In this document: positions 35,872 to 44,821 of the stretch, in pieces | Numbering within the stretch: the first letter of the stretch is position 1 | How the letters are laid out: each line of letters opens with the position of its first letter | From: an uncultured Rhodobacterales bacterium | Lineage (GTDB): Bacteria; Pseudomonadota; Alphaproteobacteria; Rhodobacterales; Rhodobacteraceae | Assembly: GCA_964472855.1 (NCBI GenBank) | Contig: CAYYMJ010000003.1 | Coordinates: forward strand, 26,933 to 90,932 | Reading direction: 5' to 3' | DNA length: 64,000 nucleotides | Translations under genes and position numbers: made by a program | The notes under the pieces: generated by a model | Databases searched by the model: none | The model's input: only the letters and a program-made list of their open reading frames with translations | What the model was told of the DNA's origin: nothing

Positions 35872-36741
35872 CTAGAGGATCAGCTTCTTCTCAGAAGGCT
35901 CGAGATTGTCGTAGTTCCACAGCTGCTTGCCGGCGACGATCTTGGTGAAGTGATCGACACCCTTGTCCGGCATCATGCCGTATTGCGTCAGCTTGCGGGT
36001 CAGCCAGTCCTTGTCGCGCTGGGTCATCTCGGCCTTGACCGCGTCGACACCGCAGGACTTGATGCTGCCGCCCACGAAGATCGTGCCGTCATACATCGAA
36101 TCGCCAAGGTTCTTGCCGGCATTGCCGCATACGACCATCCGGCCGCGCTGCATCATGAAGCCCGACAAGGCGCCGGTGTCGCCGCCAACCAGGATCGTGC
36201 CGCCCTTCATGTCGATCCCGGTCCGGGACCCGACCGAGCCACGGCAGACCAGGTCGCCACCGCGCAGTGCCGCGCCAAAGGTCGACCCGGCGTTCTTTTC
36301 GATGACGATCGTTCCGGCCATCATGTTTTCGCCGCACGACCAGCCGACCCGGCCGGTGATGCGCACGTTGGGGCCGTCGATCAGCCCGACCGCGAAATAG
36401 CCGGTCGAGCCTTCGATGATCAGGTTCAGCCGGTTCAGAATGCCGACGCCCAGCGAATGCATGCCGCGCGGGTTCTGCAGAACGATGGTGCCGAAGCCTT
36501 CGTTCATCAGGTCGCGGATCGAGGCGTTGACCTCGGTCGTGGTCTTGCCGTCGCAGTCCAGTTCGGTCCGCTTGTTATAGTCGACCGTGGGCGCCCACGG
36601 GTAGGTGAACCGCTCTTCCGCGTCGCGGTCGAACTCGACATACAGCGACTTGCCGGTCAGCTGTTCGGTGCGCATGCCAAGCGCGGTCACGCGCTCTTCC
36701 TGCGACATCGCCTTGAGATCGGCGTCGCTCACGCTTGCCAT
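35872..36741 (-). CDS. mgsB: GXGXG-motif glutamate-synthase-like subunit (GltB domain 3 / GlxC-like); N-methylglutamate synthase subunit B by context
   Basis: 289-aa ORF with a repeated beta-helix pattern (GSTGYFAVGLIDG, GENMMAGTIVIEKNAGSTFGAALRGGDLVCRGSVGSRTGIDMKGGTILVGGDTG). Confidence 0.8.
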   Translation of the reverse strand: MASVSDADLKAMSQEERVTALGMRTEQLTGKSLYVEFDRDAEERFTYPWAPTVDYNKRTELDCDGKTTTEVNASIRDLMNEGFGTIVLQNPRGMHSLGVGILNRLNLIIEGSTGYFAVGLIDGPNVRITGRVGWSCGENMMAGTIVIEKNAGSTFGAALRGGDLVCRGSVGSRTGIDMKGGTILVGGDTGALSGFMMQRGRMVVCGNAGKNLGDSMYDGTIFVGGSIKSCGVDAVKAEMTQRDKDWLTRKLTQYGMMPDKGVDHFTKIVAGKQLWNYDNLEPSEKKLIL

Positions 36742-37664
36742 ACACGGACCTCCTCATCATACGGGTCATAAGTGTCGATTTCTTCGGGAAGGATCGCCCG
36801 GATCGCCACTTCTTCCGAAGCCATCGCGATCAGGTCGTCGCTTTCGTAAAGCACCAGCGGTTTGGCCGCCATCGTGTCCTTGGCCATGCCCAGCTGGTCC
36901 TTGGTGCAGACCAGATAGGTGAACACGCCGTCGATTTCCTCGATCGAGCGGCGCAGGCTGTCTTCAAGGCTGACACCGTTGGCCAGATTGTGGGCGGTGT
37001 AGACCGCCAGCAGTTCACTGTCGCAATCCGACTGGAACCGGTGGCCCTTGCGCTCCATCTGTCGGCGCATGGTCCAGTAATTGGTGATCTGCCCGTTATG
37101 GACCACCGAAATGTCGTTATAGGGGAAGGCCCAGTAGGGGTGAGCCGACTTGATGTCGACATCGGATTCGGTGGCCATGCGGGTGTGGCCGATGCCGTGG
37201 GTGCCGTTAAAGTCGTTCAGGCCATAGTCGCCCGCGACATCGGCCGCATCGCCAAGGTCCTTGATCAGCTCCAGCCCCGAGCCCATCGACAGAATCTCGG
37301 TCTGGCCGTCTTCCTCGATATGGGCGGCCATGGCGCCGGTGTCGCCGTCGTGGCGGATGACATAGCGCAGCGCATGTTCCTGCGGCGCGTCCTTCGATTT
37401 CACCTCCGCGCCATGCTCGGCGAGGATGGCGTCGACCCGCGCCACGCGGTCGGCCATCAGCCGCGACGCGCCATGCCCGATGGCGCGGTCCTCGGCCTCG
37501 GCGACCTTGATGCGCATGACATAGTCTTCGGCGTTTCCTTCGCTATACAGCGCGTAGCCGGTCGAATCCGGCCCCCGATGCTTCAGCGCCTGCAACATCG
37601 CGGTCATCTCGCCGCCGACGTTCGCGCTTTTGCCTTTGTGAATTATTCCAGCGATTCCGCACAT
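36729..37664 (-). CDS. mgsA: Class II (Ntn) glutamine amidotransferase subunit (GlxB-like); N-methylglutamate synthase subunit A by context
   Basis: Start moved to ATG 37664 so that the product begins MCGIAGI (N-terminal Cys nucleophile). AAGGAGG lies 9 nt upstream. Confidence 0.8.
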   Translation of the reverse strand: MCGIAGIIHKGKSANVGGEMTAMLQALKHRGPDSTGYALYSEGNAEDYVMRIKVAEAEDRAIGHGASRLMADRVARVDAILAEHGAEVKSKDAPQEHALRYVIRHDGDTGAMAAHIEEDGQTEILSMGSGLELIKDLGDAADVAGDYGLNDFNGTHGIGHTRMATESDVDIKSAHPYWAFPYNDISVVHNGQITNYWTMRRQMERKGHRFQSDCDSELLAVYTAHNLANGVSLEDSLRRSIEEIDGVFTYLVCTKDQLGMAKDTMAAKPLVLYESDDLIAMASEEVAIRAILPEEIDTYDPYDEEVRVWQA

Positions 37665-37756
37665 TTGGCAGAGCCTCCTTTCGCAGGATGGGTGCTGTTG
37701 CACCCATCTCCGTTAACCAGATGCCGTCGGGACGGCGGGCGACGATCACCCGTGCG

Positions 37757-39232
37757 TCACGGCAGGCATTCCATGTAGGTGTCGTTGTCCCAGTCGGTCA
37801 CGGTGGACATGAAGCGGGCATATTCGTCGCGCTTGTATTCTTCATACAGACGATACATCTCGCCCGGCATGCCGCGCTTTACCACCTCGTCGGCGGCCAG
37901 ATGGTCCAGCGCCTCGCCCAGCGACATCGGCAGTTTCTTGACCTGCTTGCCGGCCTTGATCGCGTCGTAGATGTTGCGCTCTTCCGGCTCGCCCGGGTCG
38001 AGCTTGTTGTCGATACCGTCGTCCATGGCCGCCAGCAGGGTCGAGCCCATGATGTAGGGGTTCACCATCGAGTCGACCGAGCGGTATTCGAACCGACCGG
38101 GCGCCGAAACGCGCAGGCCGGTGGTGCGGTTCTGGAACCCCCAGTCGGCAAAGACCGGCGCCCAGAAACCGGTGTCCCACAGCCGGCGATACGAGTTGAC
38201 GGTGGAACAGCCGACCGAGGTCAGCGCCTGCAGGTGCTGAACCACGCCGCCGATCGCTTCCAGCCCGTCCTTGCCCGGCATCTGCGGGTCGTCGTCATCG
38301 GGCATGAAGGTGTTCTCGCCACCGCGAACATACATGTAGTTGTCGCGCATCCCCGGCAGGCTGTCGGGGTCGTTGCCGCAGCGGACGAATTCGTCCGCGC
38401 CGCCGCGCCACAGCGACATGTTGTGGTGACAGCCCGACGCCGACACGCCCATGAAGGGCTTGGTCATGAAGCAGGCGAAAATGCCGTTTTCCCGGGCCAC
38501 CTGCGCGCAGATCTGGCGGTAGGTGGTCAGACGGTCGGCGTTGCGCAGCACGTCGTCGAACATCCAGTTCAGCTCCAGCTGGCCGGGCGCGTCTTCGTGA
38601 TCGCCCTGGATCATGTCCAGACCCATCTGGCGGGCATATCTGATCACCTGCATCGACACCGGGCGCAGCGATTCAAACTGGTCGATGTGATAGCAGTAGG
38701 GCTTGGAATAGCCCGGCCCCGGCTTGCCGTTTTCGTCGAACTTCAGCCACATCATCTCGGGCTCGGTGCCGATGCGCAGACGGCGGCCGTGCTTTTTCTC
38801 GAACTCTTCGTGCATCCGGCGCAGGTTGCCGCGCCCGTCCGATGTCAGATAGCCGCCGGGATTTTCCCGCTCTTCGCGGTTGCGGAACAGGGTCGAATAC
38901 ATCCGGCCGATCTGCGGCGCCCAGGGCAGCTGCATGAAGGTTTCCGGCTCGGGGATACCAACCAGCTCGGCCGCTTCGGGGCCGTACCCCAGATAGTTGC
39001 CGGCCCGGTCGGTGAACAGGTTGACGGTGGCGCCGTAAACCAGCTGAAAGCCCTTCTTGGCGATGCTCTCCCAATGGTCGGACGGGATACCCTTGCCCAT
39101 GATCTTGCCGGTGACCGACACGAACTGCAGATAGAGATACTCGATCCCCATCCGGTCGATCATCTCGCGGACTTGCTTGATTTTCTCGTCGCGTCCCGGC
39201 GCCTCTACGAAACGTTCAAGATCGGTGGCCAA
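37757..39232 (-). CDS. Glutamine synthetase family protein, 491 aa, directly upstream of mgsABC (candidate gamma-glutamylmethylamide synthetase)
   Basis: GS blocks TEPEMMWL, GDHEDAPGQLELNW, FMTKPF...ASGCHHNMSLW, NSYRRL, QNRTTGLRV. Adjacency to mgsA favours a GmaS role, but it is longer than the GlnT-type enzymes I remember. Confidence 0.85.
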   Translation of the reverse strand: MATDLERFVEAPGRDEKIKQVREMIDRMGIEYLYLQFVSVTGKIMGKGIPSDHWESIAKKGFQLVYGATVNLFTDRAGNYLGYGPEAAELVGIPEPETFMQLPWAPQIGRMYSTLFRNREERENPGGYLTSDGRGNLRRMHEEFEKKHGRRLRIGTEPEMMWLKFDENGKPGPGYSKPYCYHIDQFESLRPVSMQVIRYARQMGLDMIQGDHEDAPGQLELNWMFDDVLRNADRLTTYRQICAQVARENGIFACFMTKPFMGVSASGCHHNMSLWRGGADEFVRCGNDPDSLPGMRDNYMYVRGGENTFMPDDDDPQMPGKDGLEAIGGVVQHLQALTSVGCSTVNSYRRLWDTGFWAPVFADWGFQNRTTGLRVSAPGRFEYRSVDSMVNPYIMGSTLLAAMDDGIDNKLDPGEPEERNIYDAIKAGKQVKKLPMSLGEALDHLAADEVVKRGMPGEMYRLYEEYKRDEYARFMSTVTDWDNDTYMECLP

Positions 39233-39288
39233 TGGTCATACTCCCTTTGGATTCGGGGTCTTGCGGCCCCTTTTTCGGATGTCTTGGA

Positions 39289-40632
39289 TCAGCTCCACGG
39301 ATAGGGGCTGTTGGAAACCGGATGAAGCTCGCCCTTGGCGAAACGGTCGAACCGGAAAGGTTTGAGCAGGTCCTGGGGCGTGCCCAGCACCTCGTCGGCG
39401 ATCAGATGCCCGACACCGATCATCTTCCAGCCATGGTTGGAATCGGCGATGACGGTGGCGTTGTCGTGAAAATGGTCGAAGACCGGAAAGCTGTCGGCGG
39501 TAAAGCAGCCGATCCCGCCCGAGGCTTCGCGGTGATACCGGGGCATCTGCCCTTCATAGCGTTTCTGGCAGTGCGCCAGCGCCGACACCCACATATGCGC
39601 GAACGCGTCCGATGACACGAACTCGGGGCTCGACGGGCCGTAGGGGTCGATCTGGACCTCGTAGGTCGGCGTTTCGACCACATAGGGCGACGCACCGCCC
39701 TGGATGCCGCCAAAATGCCAGTCGGGCTTGTAATAGATGCCCCACATCTCGTCGGTGATCAGCGATCCGTCGACGGTTGATTTCAGCGGCGCGTCGGTAT
39801 CGACATGAATGACCGGCGGCAGCGAGCCGTCGTCGGCCTTGCCAAGCGCCGGGTCGATCTGCAGCACACCCTCTTCCAGTTGCCAGAACCGCCACATGTC
39901 GACATTGCTGACCAGCGTTCCGTCGGGCTGTTTGATGTCGATCTGGCGCGGCATGCCCAGCATGTCCCAGAAATCCCGCACCCAGGGCCCGGCGCCGATA
40001 ATGACACGTTCGCAGCCGATCGTGCCCTTGTCGGTCTCGACCGCCTGAATACTTTTCGATCCGCTCTCGGTAACGAATCCCTTGACCGTGGCGCCGGTCA
40101 CGATGCGGACGCCCAGCTTTTCAACCTTGTCCGCCAGCGCATAAAGCGTCTTGGTCTGGTTCGAAAAGCCGCCACGCTTTTCATGCAGGACCGAGGTGAT
40201 GCCCTGCGCCTGCCAGTCGCCGAAGATACCGCGCATATAGCTGGTCGCGGCATTCCCGCCCTCGATAAAGACGCTTTCGTAGCCGATTTCCTGCTGCTGG
40301 GCATGGATCGTGCCCACGTCTTCGCGCATGGATTCCGATGAAATCTGCATATAGCCGACCGGGTGAAAGGCCAGTCCCGCCGGATCGCTTTCCCAGACAT
40401 CAGCCGAATGCGCCATCAGGCGGCGCATGGCCGGCTGGAAATAGTTGTTGCGCACCACGCCGCAGGCGACGCCGCTGGCCCCGGCGGCAAGGCCGGTCTT
40501 GTCGAGAATCACCACCTGCCCCTCGACCTGGTCGCCGCGTTCGAGCAGGCGCTCGGCCAGCTTCCAGGCCGTCGACAGGCCGTGAATGCCACAGCCGATG
40601 ATTACAAATCGCGCAGTTTCCGGGATGGCCAT
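39289..40632 (-). CDS. FAD-dependent oxidoreductase (SoxB/DadA-like, stand-alone)
   Basis: Start moved to ATG 40632 (MAIPETARFVIIGCGIHGLSTAWKL, a dinucleotide-binding motif). 447 aa. First gene of the long minus-strand array. Confidence 0.85.
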   Translation of the reverse strand: MAIPETARFVIIGCGIHGLSTAWKLAERLLERGDQVEGQVVILDKTGLAAGASGVACGVVRNNYFQPAMRRLMAHSADVWESDPAGLAFHPVGYMQISSESMREDVGTIHAQQQEIGYESVFIEGGNAATSYMRGIFGDWQAQGITSVLHEKRGGFSNQTKTLYALADKVEKLGVRIVTGATVKGFVTESGSKSIQAVETDKGTIGCERVIIGAGPWVRDFWDMLGMPRQIDIKQPDGTLVSNVDMWRFWQLEEGVLQIDPALGKADDGSLPPVIHVDTDAPLKSTVDGSLITDEMWGIYYKPDWHFGGIQGGASPYVVETPTYEVQIDPYGPSSPEFVSSDAFAHMWVSALAHCQKRYEGQMPRYHREASGGIGCFTADSFPVFDHFHDNATVIADSNHGWKMIGVGHLIADEVLGTPQDLLKPFRFDRFAKGELHPVSNSPYPWS

Positions 40633-40684
40633 GGGCTGACGTGCCTTCTTGCAGATATCGGTTCGGGATTCCCCACTCGCCGCA

Positions 40685-40745
40685 TAATTCCAATTGTGAG
40701 CCAAAAATCAATCCCAATTGAACCAAAGGGGGTAGCAATTTGCTG
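40685..40745. promoter_or_regulatory. Divergent promoter region with repeated CCAATTG boxes and an AGCAAtTTGCT palindrome
   Basis: CAATTG at 40691-40696 and 40715-40720 (24 bp apart, each within a tCCAATTG context). The 11-bp palindrome is at 40734-40744. This AT-rich segment lies between the FAD oxidoreductase and the GntR gene. Confidence 0.3.
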
Positions 40746-40796
40746 GCGGCCTGTTATTTTGGATCAACTTTGGCTCAGACAGGCGGAAAAGGCGAC

Positions 40797-41471
40797 ATGA
40801 GCAGGCTTGGCGCGTCGGGCGTCGCGGACCAGATCCGACGGGGAATCATGCAAGGGCAGTTTCGCCTGCACGACCGGCTTCCGCCGTCACGGGATCTCGC
40901 CGCCAACTATGGGGTAGCCCGCAATACCCTGCGCGCGGCACTGCACACACTGGAACGCGAGGGGCTGGTCGAAACCCGCTCGGGCAGCGGCACCTATGTG
41001 GTGCACAACGGCGACCAGACCGCGCCGCGTGACCTGATCAACGCCAGCCCGCTGGCCCTGATGGACGCACGTTTCGCGCTGGAGCCACATATCTGCCGGC
41101 TGTGCGTGATGCATGGCGGACAGGCCGATTTCGACGAACTGGACCAGCTTTGCCGGACGATGGAGGCCGCCACCCGCGACGCCAACACCTTTTCCGACGC
41201 CGACGCGCAGTTTCACCGCAAGCTGGCGATGACCACGCGCAACGACCTGCTGATCTGGATCATGGCCCAGATCAACAGCGTGCGGCTGCGCGAGGAATGG
41301 ACGCTGATGCGCGGCCTGACCCTGACCGAGGACGTCATCGAGCTGTATAACGAACAGCACCGCCGGCTGCTGGGTGCGATCCGGTCGCGCCAGCCCGAAG
41401 CCGCCGCGACCTATATGAAGGCGCATCTGGAAACCGCGCGCCTGTCGCTGACGCGTGTGGCCGAAACCTGA
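40797..41471 (+). CDS. GntR family transcriptional regulator (FadR/FCD subfamily)
   Basis: Start moved to ATG 40797 (MSRLGASGVADQIRRGI). wHTH LPPSRDLAANYGVARNTLRAALHTLEREGLV. The C-terminal helical domain is FCD-like. Confidence 0.85.
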   Translation: MSRLGASGVADQIRRGIMQGQFRLHDRLPPSRDLAANYGVARNTLRAALHTLEREGLVETRSGSGTYVVHNGDQTAPRDLINASPLALMDARFALEPHICRLCVMHGGQADFDELDQLCRTMEAATRDANTFSDADAQFHRKLAMTTRNDLLIWIMAQINSVRLREEWTLMRGLTLTEDVIELYNEQHRRLLGAIRSRQPEAAATYMKAHLETARLSLTRVAET

Positions 41472-41475
41472 CCGT

Positions 41476-42195
41476 TCAGCGCCGCGCGGTCATCTGCAAC
41501 CAGTTGATATAGAAACGTTCCGCCATCTCGTTGAACGCGGCCAGGTGCCGGCTCACGGCCTGTTCCAGCAGCGCGTCGCCGCCGGCGCCCAGCGCCGTTT
41601 CCAGCGCCGTGGCATAGGCCGGAATCCGGGTCCAGTTGCGCACCGTGTCGGCCTCGACCTCAAGGTGAAACTGGACCGACGCCGCGCGGGTCTGCCAGAT
41701 CATGGCCTGCACCGCACAGGCTGGCGACGTGGCAAGGCAACGCGCCCCGGCGGGCATTTGCGTGACCTCGGCGCTGTGCCACTGAAGGCAGGGAAACGAA
41801 TCGGGCAGACCGTCGAACAGCACGCCCTCGGCCCCGGTCTCGGTCAGGCCAACGTCCATCACGCCGATCTCGGGGCGCTCGGCCGGGCCAACCGTGCCGC
41901 CCAGTGCCTCGGCCAGCAACTGGTGCCCAAGGCACAGGCCCAGATACGGAATGCCACGTTCGGCCACTGCGTCGCGGATAAGGGCCTTTTCCGCCGCGAG
42001 CCATGGAAACTGCTCTTCCTGCCACGTGTCCATCGGCCCGCCCAGCACCCACAGCGCGTCATAGCCTTCCAGCGGGCGCAGCGGTTCGCCCGCGTCCAGC
42101 TCGATCGCGTCATACTGGTGCCCGTCCTGCGACAGGAACTCGCGAAACACGCCGGGATGTTCGGCAGCGGCATGCTGAAGCACGAGAATCTTCAT
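41476..42195 (-). CDS. Class I glutamine amidotransferase-like protein (GATase1)
   Basis: This is the real C-terminal part of the spurious 1022-aa track ORF. It starts at ATG 42195 (MKILVLQHAAAEHPG), in an ATGA overlap with the upstream regulator stop. Nucleophile elbow GLCLGHQLL. Confidence 0.8.
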   Translation of the reverse strand: MKILVLQHAAAEHPGVFREFLSQDGHQYDAIELDAGEPLRPLEGYDALWVLGGPMDTWQEEQFPWLAAEKALIRDAVAERGIPYLGLCLGHQLLAEALGGTVGPAERPEIGVMDVGLTETGAEGVLFDGLPDSFPCLQWHSAEVTQMPAGARCLATSPACAVQAMIWQTRAASVQFHLEVEADTVRNWTRIPAYATALETALGAGGDALLEQAVSRHLAAFNEMAERFYINWLQMTARR

Positions 42196-43190
42196 CGGGT
42201 CTCTCCCTGATTGCGCAGACCATCCAGCCCGAGGCGCCGGTGCTCGGACGGCGAATGTCCGAACTGTTCCTTGAAGGCAAATGAAAAATGCGCCGCGTTG
42301 CTGAAGCCGGTGGCCGAAGCGACCTCGGCAACCCGCAGCGGCGAACGGTTCAGCAGGTCGCGCGCCAGGGTCAGGCGCATGCGCCGGTAATAGGCCATGG
42401 TGCTTTCGCCCAACCGGTCGCGGAACAGGCGGTTCAACTGCCGGCCCGTCACCCCGGCCAGTTGGGCCAGCTGTTCCAGCGTCAGGGGGTCGGACAGGTG
42501 ATCGTCGATGGCGCCGACCACGTCCAGCAGCGGCCCCGGCGGCAGGCCCGTGCGCTCGGACAGGCCGCCGCGCTGGGGGGCGCCGGCCTGCCGGATCTCG
42601 GTATGCAGGAACCAGTCGCTGACCAGCCGCGCAAACCCGGCCCCCTCGCGTTGGGCCATCAGCGCGTGGATCATGTCCAGCGGCGCGGTGCCGCCGCCAC
42701 AGGTCACGCGGTCGCGGTCGATCACGTAAAGCCGCCGTTCCAGCAGAAGCTCGGGCGCGATCTCGGCCAGCGCGGTGGCATGTTCCCAATGCACCGTCAT
42801 GCGCCGGCCCTGCATCAGCCCGGCCAGCGCCAGAACCACCGGCCCGCCCGACACCCCGCCGATCTGCGTGCCGTCCAGTGCCATCTGGCGCAACCACGCG
42901 CCAAGCTCGCCGCCGGTGTGCACGAACGGATCGCCCCCGGACACGACCACCAGCAAATCCAGCCGCGGCCGCGCCGTTTTCGAGATGACCTCGGCCGCCA
43001 CGCTGCCCGCGCCCGAGCTTTGCACCGTCGCCCCCAGACCAAAGTGACGCACCCGGTAAAGATCGCGCTGGCCCAGCAGGTTGGCGGCCCGGAACGGTTC
43101 GACACAGCAGGCATACGACATCATCGCGAACCCCGGCAGCGGCAGGATCCCGACCTCGAAAGCCGGCTGGATGGGCGCGTGGATGTCCAT
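42192..43190 (-). CDS. GlxA-family transcriptional regulator (DJ-1/PfpI domain + AraC-type HTH)
   Basis: Start moved to ATG 43190 (MDIHAPIQPAFEVGILPLPGF). C-terminal AraC HTH LTLEQLAQLAGVTGRQLNRLFRDRLG...FSNAAHFSFAFK. Divergent from the sarcosine-oxidase-family operon. Confidence 0.85.
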   Translation of the reverse strand: MDIHAPIQPAFEVGILPLPGFAMMSYACCVEPFRAANLLGQRDLYRVRHFGLGATVQSSGAGSVAAEVISKTARPRLDLLVVVSGGDPFVHTGGELGAWLRQMALDGTQIGGVSGGPVVLALAGLMQGRRMTVHWEHATALAEIAPELLLERRLYVIDRDRVTCGGGTAPLDMIHALMAQREGAGFARLVSDWFLHTEIRQAGAPQRGGLSERTGLPPGPLLDVVGAIDDHLSDPLTLEQLAQLAGVTGRQLNRLFRDRLGESTMAYYRRMRLTLARDLLNRSPLRVAEVASATGFSNAAHFSFAFKEQFGHSPSEHRRLGLDGLRNQGETR

Positions 43191-43266
43191 TTTCCGAACA
43201 TAGATGTCCGGTTCTCGAATAGGCAAGGTGCGGCTTTGCTGAAATGGTCGCCCGCAACCATCGGAG

Positions 43267-44523
43267 TTGGGCATGCGCTATTCGGCACTGAAGATCCTGA
43301 AAGAGGGGCTGACCGGCAACAAGGGCTGGAAACCCGCCTGGCGCGAGCCCGAGCCCAAGGCGGAATATGACATCATCATCATCGGCGGCGGCGGTCACGG
43401 GCTGGCCACGGCCTACTACCTGTCGAACCGCTTTGGCATCTCGAACGTGGCGGTCATCGAAAAGGGCTGGCTGGGGTCGGGCAATATCGGGCGCAACACC
43501 ACGATCATCCGCTCGAACTATCTGCTCGAGGGCAACCAGCCGTTTTACGAGTTGTCCATGCAGCTGTGGGAAGGGCTGGAACAGGATTTCAACTATAACG
43601 CCATGGTCAGCCAGCGCGGGATCCTGAACCTGATCCACTCGGACCCGCAGCGCGACGCCTTTGCCCGCCGCGCCAACGCCATGCAGATTTCCAACGCCGG
43701 CTCGGTCCTGCTGGGGCCGGACGAGATTCGCCGCAAGGTGCCCTTCCTCGACTATGACAATGCCCGCTTTCCCATTCAGGGCGCCCTGTGGCAGCCGCGC
43801 GGCGGCACGGTGCGCCACGATGCGGTGGCCTGGGGTTATGCCCGCGGCGCCGACCGCAAGGGTGTGGACATCATCCAGAATTGCGAGGTCACGGGCATCG
43901 ACGTCGAAGACGGCGTTGTCCGGGGCGTGCAAACCGCCCGCGGCCCGATCCGCGCCAGGAAGGTCGCCATGTGCGCCGCCGGCAACTCCAGCCGGGTCGC
44001 CGCCATGGCCGGTATGCGCCTGCCCATCGAATCCCACGTGCTGCAGGCCTTCGTGACCGAGGGGCTGAAGCCCACCCTGCCCGGCGTCATCACCTTCGGG
44101 GCCGGTCATTTCTATGTCAGCCAGTCCGACAAGGGCGGGCTGGTGTTTGGCGGCGATATCGACGGCTACAACACCTACGCCCAGCGCGGCAACCTGCCGG
44201 TGGTTGAAGACGTGTGCGAAGGCGGCATGGCCATCATGCCGATGATCGGGCGGGCCCGGCTGTTGCGCATGTGGGGCGGGCTGATGGACATGTCGATGGA
44301 CGGCAGCCCCGTCATCGACCGCACCCATATCGACGGGCTCTACGCCAATTTCGGCTGGTGCTATGGCGGCTTCAAGGCCACGCCGGCCAGCGGCTTTTGC
44401 TATGCCCACCTGCTGGCACGCGACGAACCCCACGCTACCGCGCGCTTCTTCCGGCTCGACCGGTTCCGCCGCGGCGGCATGATCGACGAAAAGGGCGTTG
44501 GCGCCCAGCCGAACCTGCACTGA
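43267..44523 (+). CDS. mgdA: Sarcosine oxidase beta-subunit family protein; probable N-methylglutamate dehydrogenase subunit A by context
   Basis: 418-aa ORF with FAD motif DIIIIGGGGHGLATAYYL. First of four genes in the beta-delta-alpha-gamma order typical of heterotetrameric sarcosine oxidase relatives. Confidence 0.8.
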   Translation: MGMRYSALKILKEGLTGNKGWKPAWREPEPKAEYDIIIIGGGGHGLATAYYLSNRFGISNVAVIEKGWLGSGNIGRNTTIIRSNYLLEGNQPFYELSMQLWEGLEQDFNYNAMVSQRGILNLIHSDPQRDAFARRANAMQISNAGSVLLGPDEIRRKVPFLDYDNARFPIQGALWQPRGGTVRHDAVAWGYARGADRKGVDIIQNCEVTGIDVEDGVVRGVQTARGPIRARKVAMCAAGNSSRVAAMAGMRLPIESHVLQAFVTEGLKPTLPGVITFGAGHFYVSQSDKGGLVFGGDIDGYNTYAQRGNLPVVEDVCEGGMAIMPMIGRARLLRMWGGLMDMSMDGSPVIDRTHIDGLYANFGWCYGGFKATPASGFCYAHLLARDEPHATARFFRLDRFRRGGMIDEKGVGAQPNLH

Positions 44524-44533
44524 GGACAGCGCA

Positions 44534-44821
44534 ATGATCATCAATCACCCCCTTCTTGGGCCCCGCGACGGTTCGGAGTTTGTGGTCCTTGGCGACGCCT
44601 CGCTGATCGACCGGCCGAATTGGCAGGCCGAGGACGCGCAGGCGCAGTTCCACGAGTATCTCTATCTGCGCGACAACCCGGCCGGCGAGCATCGCGAGCT
44701 TTGGTATCACGAACAGGGCGACCGGTCGTGGCTGGTGGTGACCCGCAACACGCTGACCCACGCCGTCACCTCGGTTGAACTGGCCCGGGATGTCGCGCGC
44801 GCAAGGGGGCGGTCGAGATGA
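44534..44821 (+). CDS. mgdB: Sarcosine oxidase delta-subunit family protein; probable MgdB
   Basis: Start moved to ATG 44534 (MIINHPLLGPRDGSEFV). 95 aa. The stop overlaps the alpha-subunit start (ATGA). Confidence 0.7.
   Translation: MIINHPLLGPRDGSEFVVLGDASLIDRPNWQAEDAQAQFHEYLYLRDNPAGEHRELWYHEQGDRSWLVVTRNTLTHAVTSVELARDVARARGRSR

Noticed and set aside
39255-39275. Hairpin GGGGTC-ttgc-GGCCCC followed by TTTTT
   Set aside because: The U-tract orientation is for the plus strand, whereas both flanking genes are on the minus strand. It cannot be the terminator of either gene. At most it blocks antisense read-through.
41476-44544. 1022-aa minus-strand ORF, the longest in the track
   Set aside because: It is a chimera. 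Only its last ~239 codons (41476-42195, MKILVLQH... GATase1) look like a protein. The rest is Ala/Arg/Gly/Pro/His-rich and runs antisense to the well-supported sarcosine-oxidase beta gene and out of frame through the GlxA regulator. This is a typical open antisense frame in high-G+C DNA.
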